This document shows, one piece after another, positions 47,578 through 48,122 of a stretch of 48,122 nucleotides of DNA. The notes beneath the pieces were generated by a model. That model made no database searches. It was not told the origin of the DNA and saw only the letters and a list, made by a program, of their open reading frames with translations. Source of the DNA: Promethearchaeia archaeon (lineage in GTDB: Archaea; Asgardarchaeota; Lokiarchaeia; Sigyniarchaeales; SOKP01); the NCBI GenBank assembly GCA_029856105.1, contig JAHQWH010000045.1:1-48122 (forward strand). The letters are read 5' to 3'. The translations under genes were made by a program, and so were the position numbers. The first letter of the stretch is position 1. Every line of letters begins with the position of its first letter.

Positions 47578-48122
47578 TTATCCGTTTTTTCCTATAATTT
47601 TTTTACACATGTTGATCCCTAACCCCGTTTTTCGATTTAATATGTAGGGATTTTCTTTCTTAACTTGGGTTGCCGTATGGTAACCGGCGTTATAAAATAT
47701 GCGCGCCCGGATCCTAGCTACATTGTTTAATCTTACAACCAGATCGAAAAGTTCTTCTCTGATCCCGTAATGCATCCTAATTTTGAGGGTTTCCGCCATC
47801 TCAGCAATGTTTATTAGTTTATCTTGTAAATCAAAGTCGGATTCGCTTAGGTGCATCGCGATAATCCCTATAAACGTAATAATTCTTTCAAGGTTATCCC
47901 GAACGGAGTACAAGTCGCCTGCCATAATTTTGTGTCTTTCTAAAATTTCATCGAGTGGTTCCTCGTCGCACCACTCTAACACGGGTTGGAGAAACTTGTA
48001 GTTCCTTGTTCTCCCTTCTGCTTTTAATACTTCATAGGCTGCTTTTACAACGTCTTGAAAAGATTCTATCTCGACTTGTTCTAACTTGTATCTTATCAAC
48101 ACTCCAGAGATGGGATACAAGT
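47578..48122 (-). CDS. Hel308/Ski2-like DEAD/DEAH helicase, C-terminal part (truncated by the window edge)
   Basis: L.EW.DE..L.EI..RH.I..GD; RMHYGIREEL.DL..L.NVAR.RAR..YNAGY (domain 5 RAR motif). Confidence 0.85.
   Translation of the reverse strand, partial: LYPISGVLIRYKLEQVEIESFQDVVKAAYEVLKAEGRTRNYKFLQPVLEWCDEEPLDEILERHKIMAGDLYSVRDNLERIITFIGIIAMHLSESDFDLQDKLINIAEMAETLKIRMHYGIREELFDLVVRLNNVARIRARIFYNAGYHTATQVKKENPYILNRKTGLGINMCKKIIGKNG

Noticed and set aside
263-48001. Short overlapping or antisense ORFs in the track (e.g. 584-835, 4072-4341, 8178-8519, 8781-9062, 18775-19095, 28424-28657, 33819-34013, 45951-46283, 46476-46772)
   Set aside because: They are shadows of well-supported genes, with no motifs or RBS.
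13802-48122. Provirus or integrative element
   Set aside because: No integrase, capsid, terminase, primase/polymerase or att-tRNA is visible in the window; it cannot be excluded beyond the right edge.
1-48122. tRNA/rRNA genes and additional BHB introns
   Set aside because: None were recognised by eye, and other genes show no frame breaks. Short in-frame introns would need a computational BHB scan.

Overview
Low-GC archaeal chromosomal DNA, very probably an Asgard archaeon of the Lokiarchaeia type. Supporting this are a Rab-like GTPase, an MglA/MglB pair, a longin/roadblock-like protein, an LRR protein, membrane-anchored NosD-like beta-helix proteins, archaeal TATA promoters and oligo-T terminators. 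Bases 1-13.8 kb carry ordinary metabolic and transport genes: a GPH/MFS transporter, alpha/beta hydrolase, gpmA, LbH acyltransferase-like pair, acyl-CoA dehydrogenase, DUF1028, GNAT, AbrB regulator and a methyltransferase. From ~13.8 kb to the end is a ~34 kb cluster of divergent DNA-processing and recombination genes: CoiA-like nuclease, RPA, FEN1 paralogue, topoisomerase-type Zn ribbon, RadA/Rad51, RadB-like, Hef/FANCM and Hel308. The cluster also holds a divergent TFB, a TFB-cyclin-fold-like protein, MglAB, an M50-like protease and cell-surface proteins, with CpG-poor singleton genes scattered among them. The strongest observation is that radA is interrupted inside its L2 motif by a 31-nt frameshifting insert (30660-30690). 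The insert folds into a relaxed bulge-helix-bulge whose predicted tRNA-endonuclease cuts exactly restore AIGGN|IVAHGCHFRV, making it a candidate archaeal pre-mRNA intron. Most cluster genes also share an unusual T-rich-BRE/TATA promoter (TTTTT[C/G]TTTAWA), suggesting a regulon run by the co-encoded TFB paralogue. All functional calls come from motif recognition by eye; no searches or folding programs were run.
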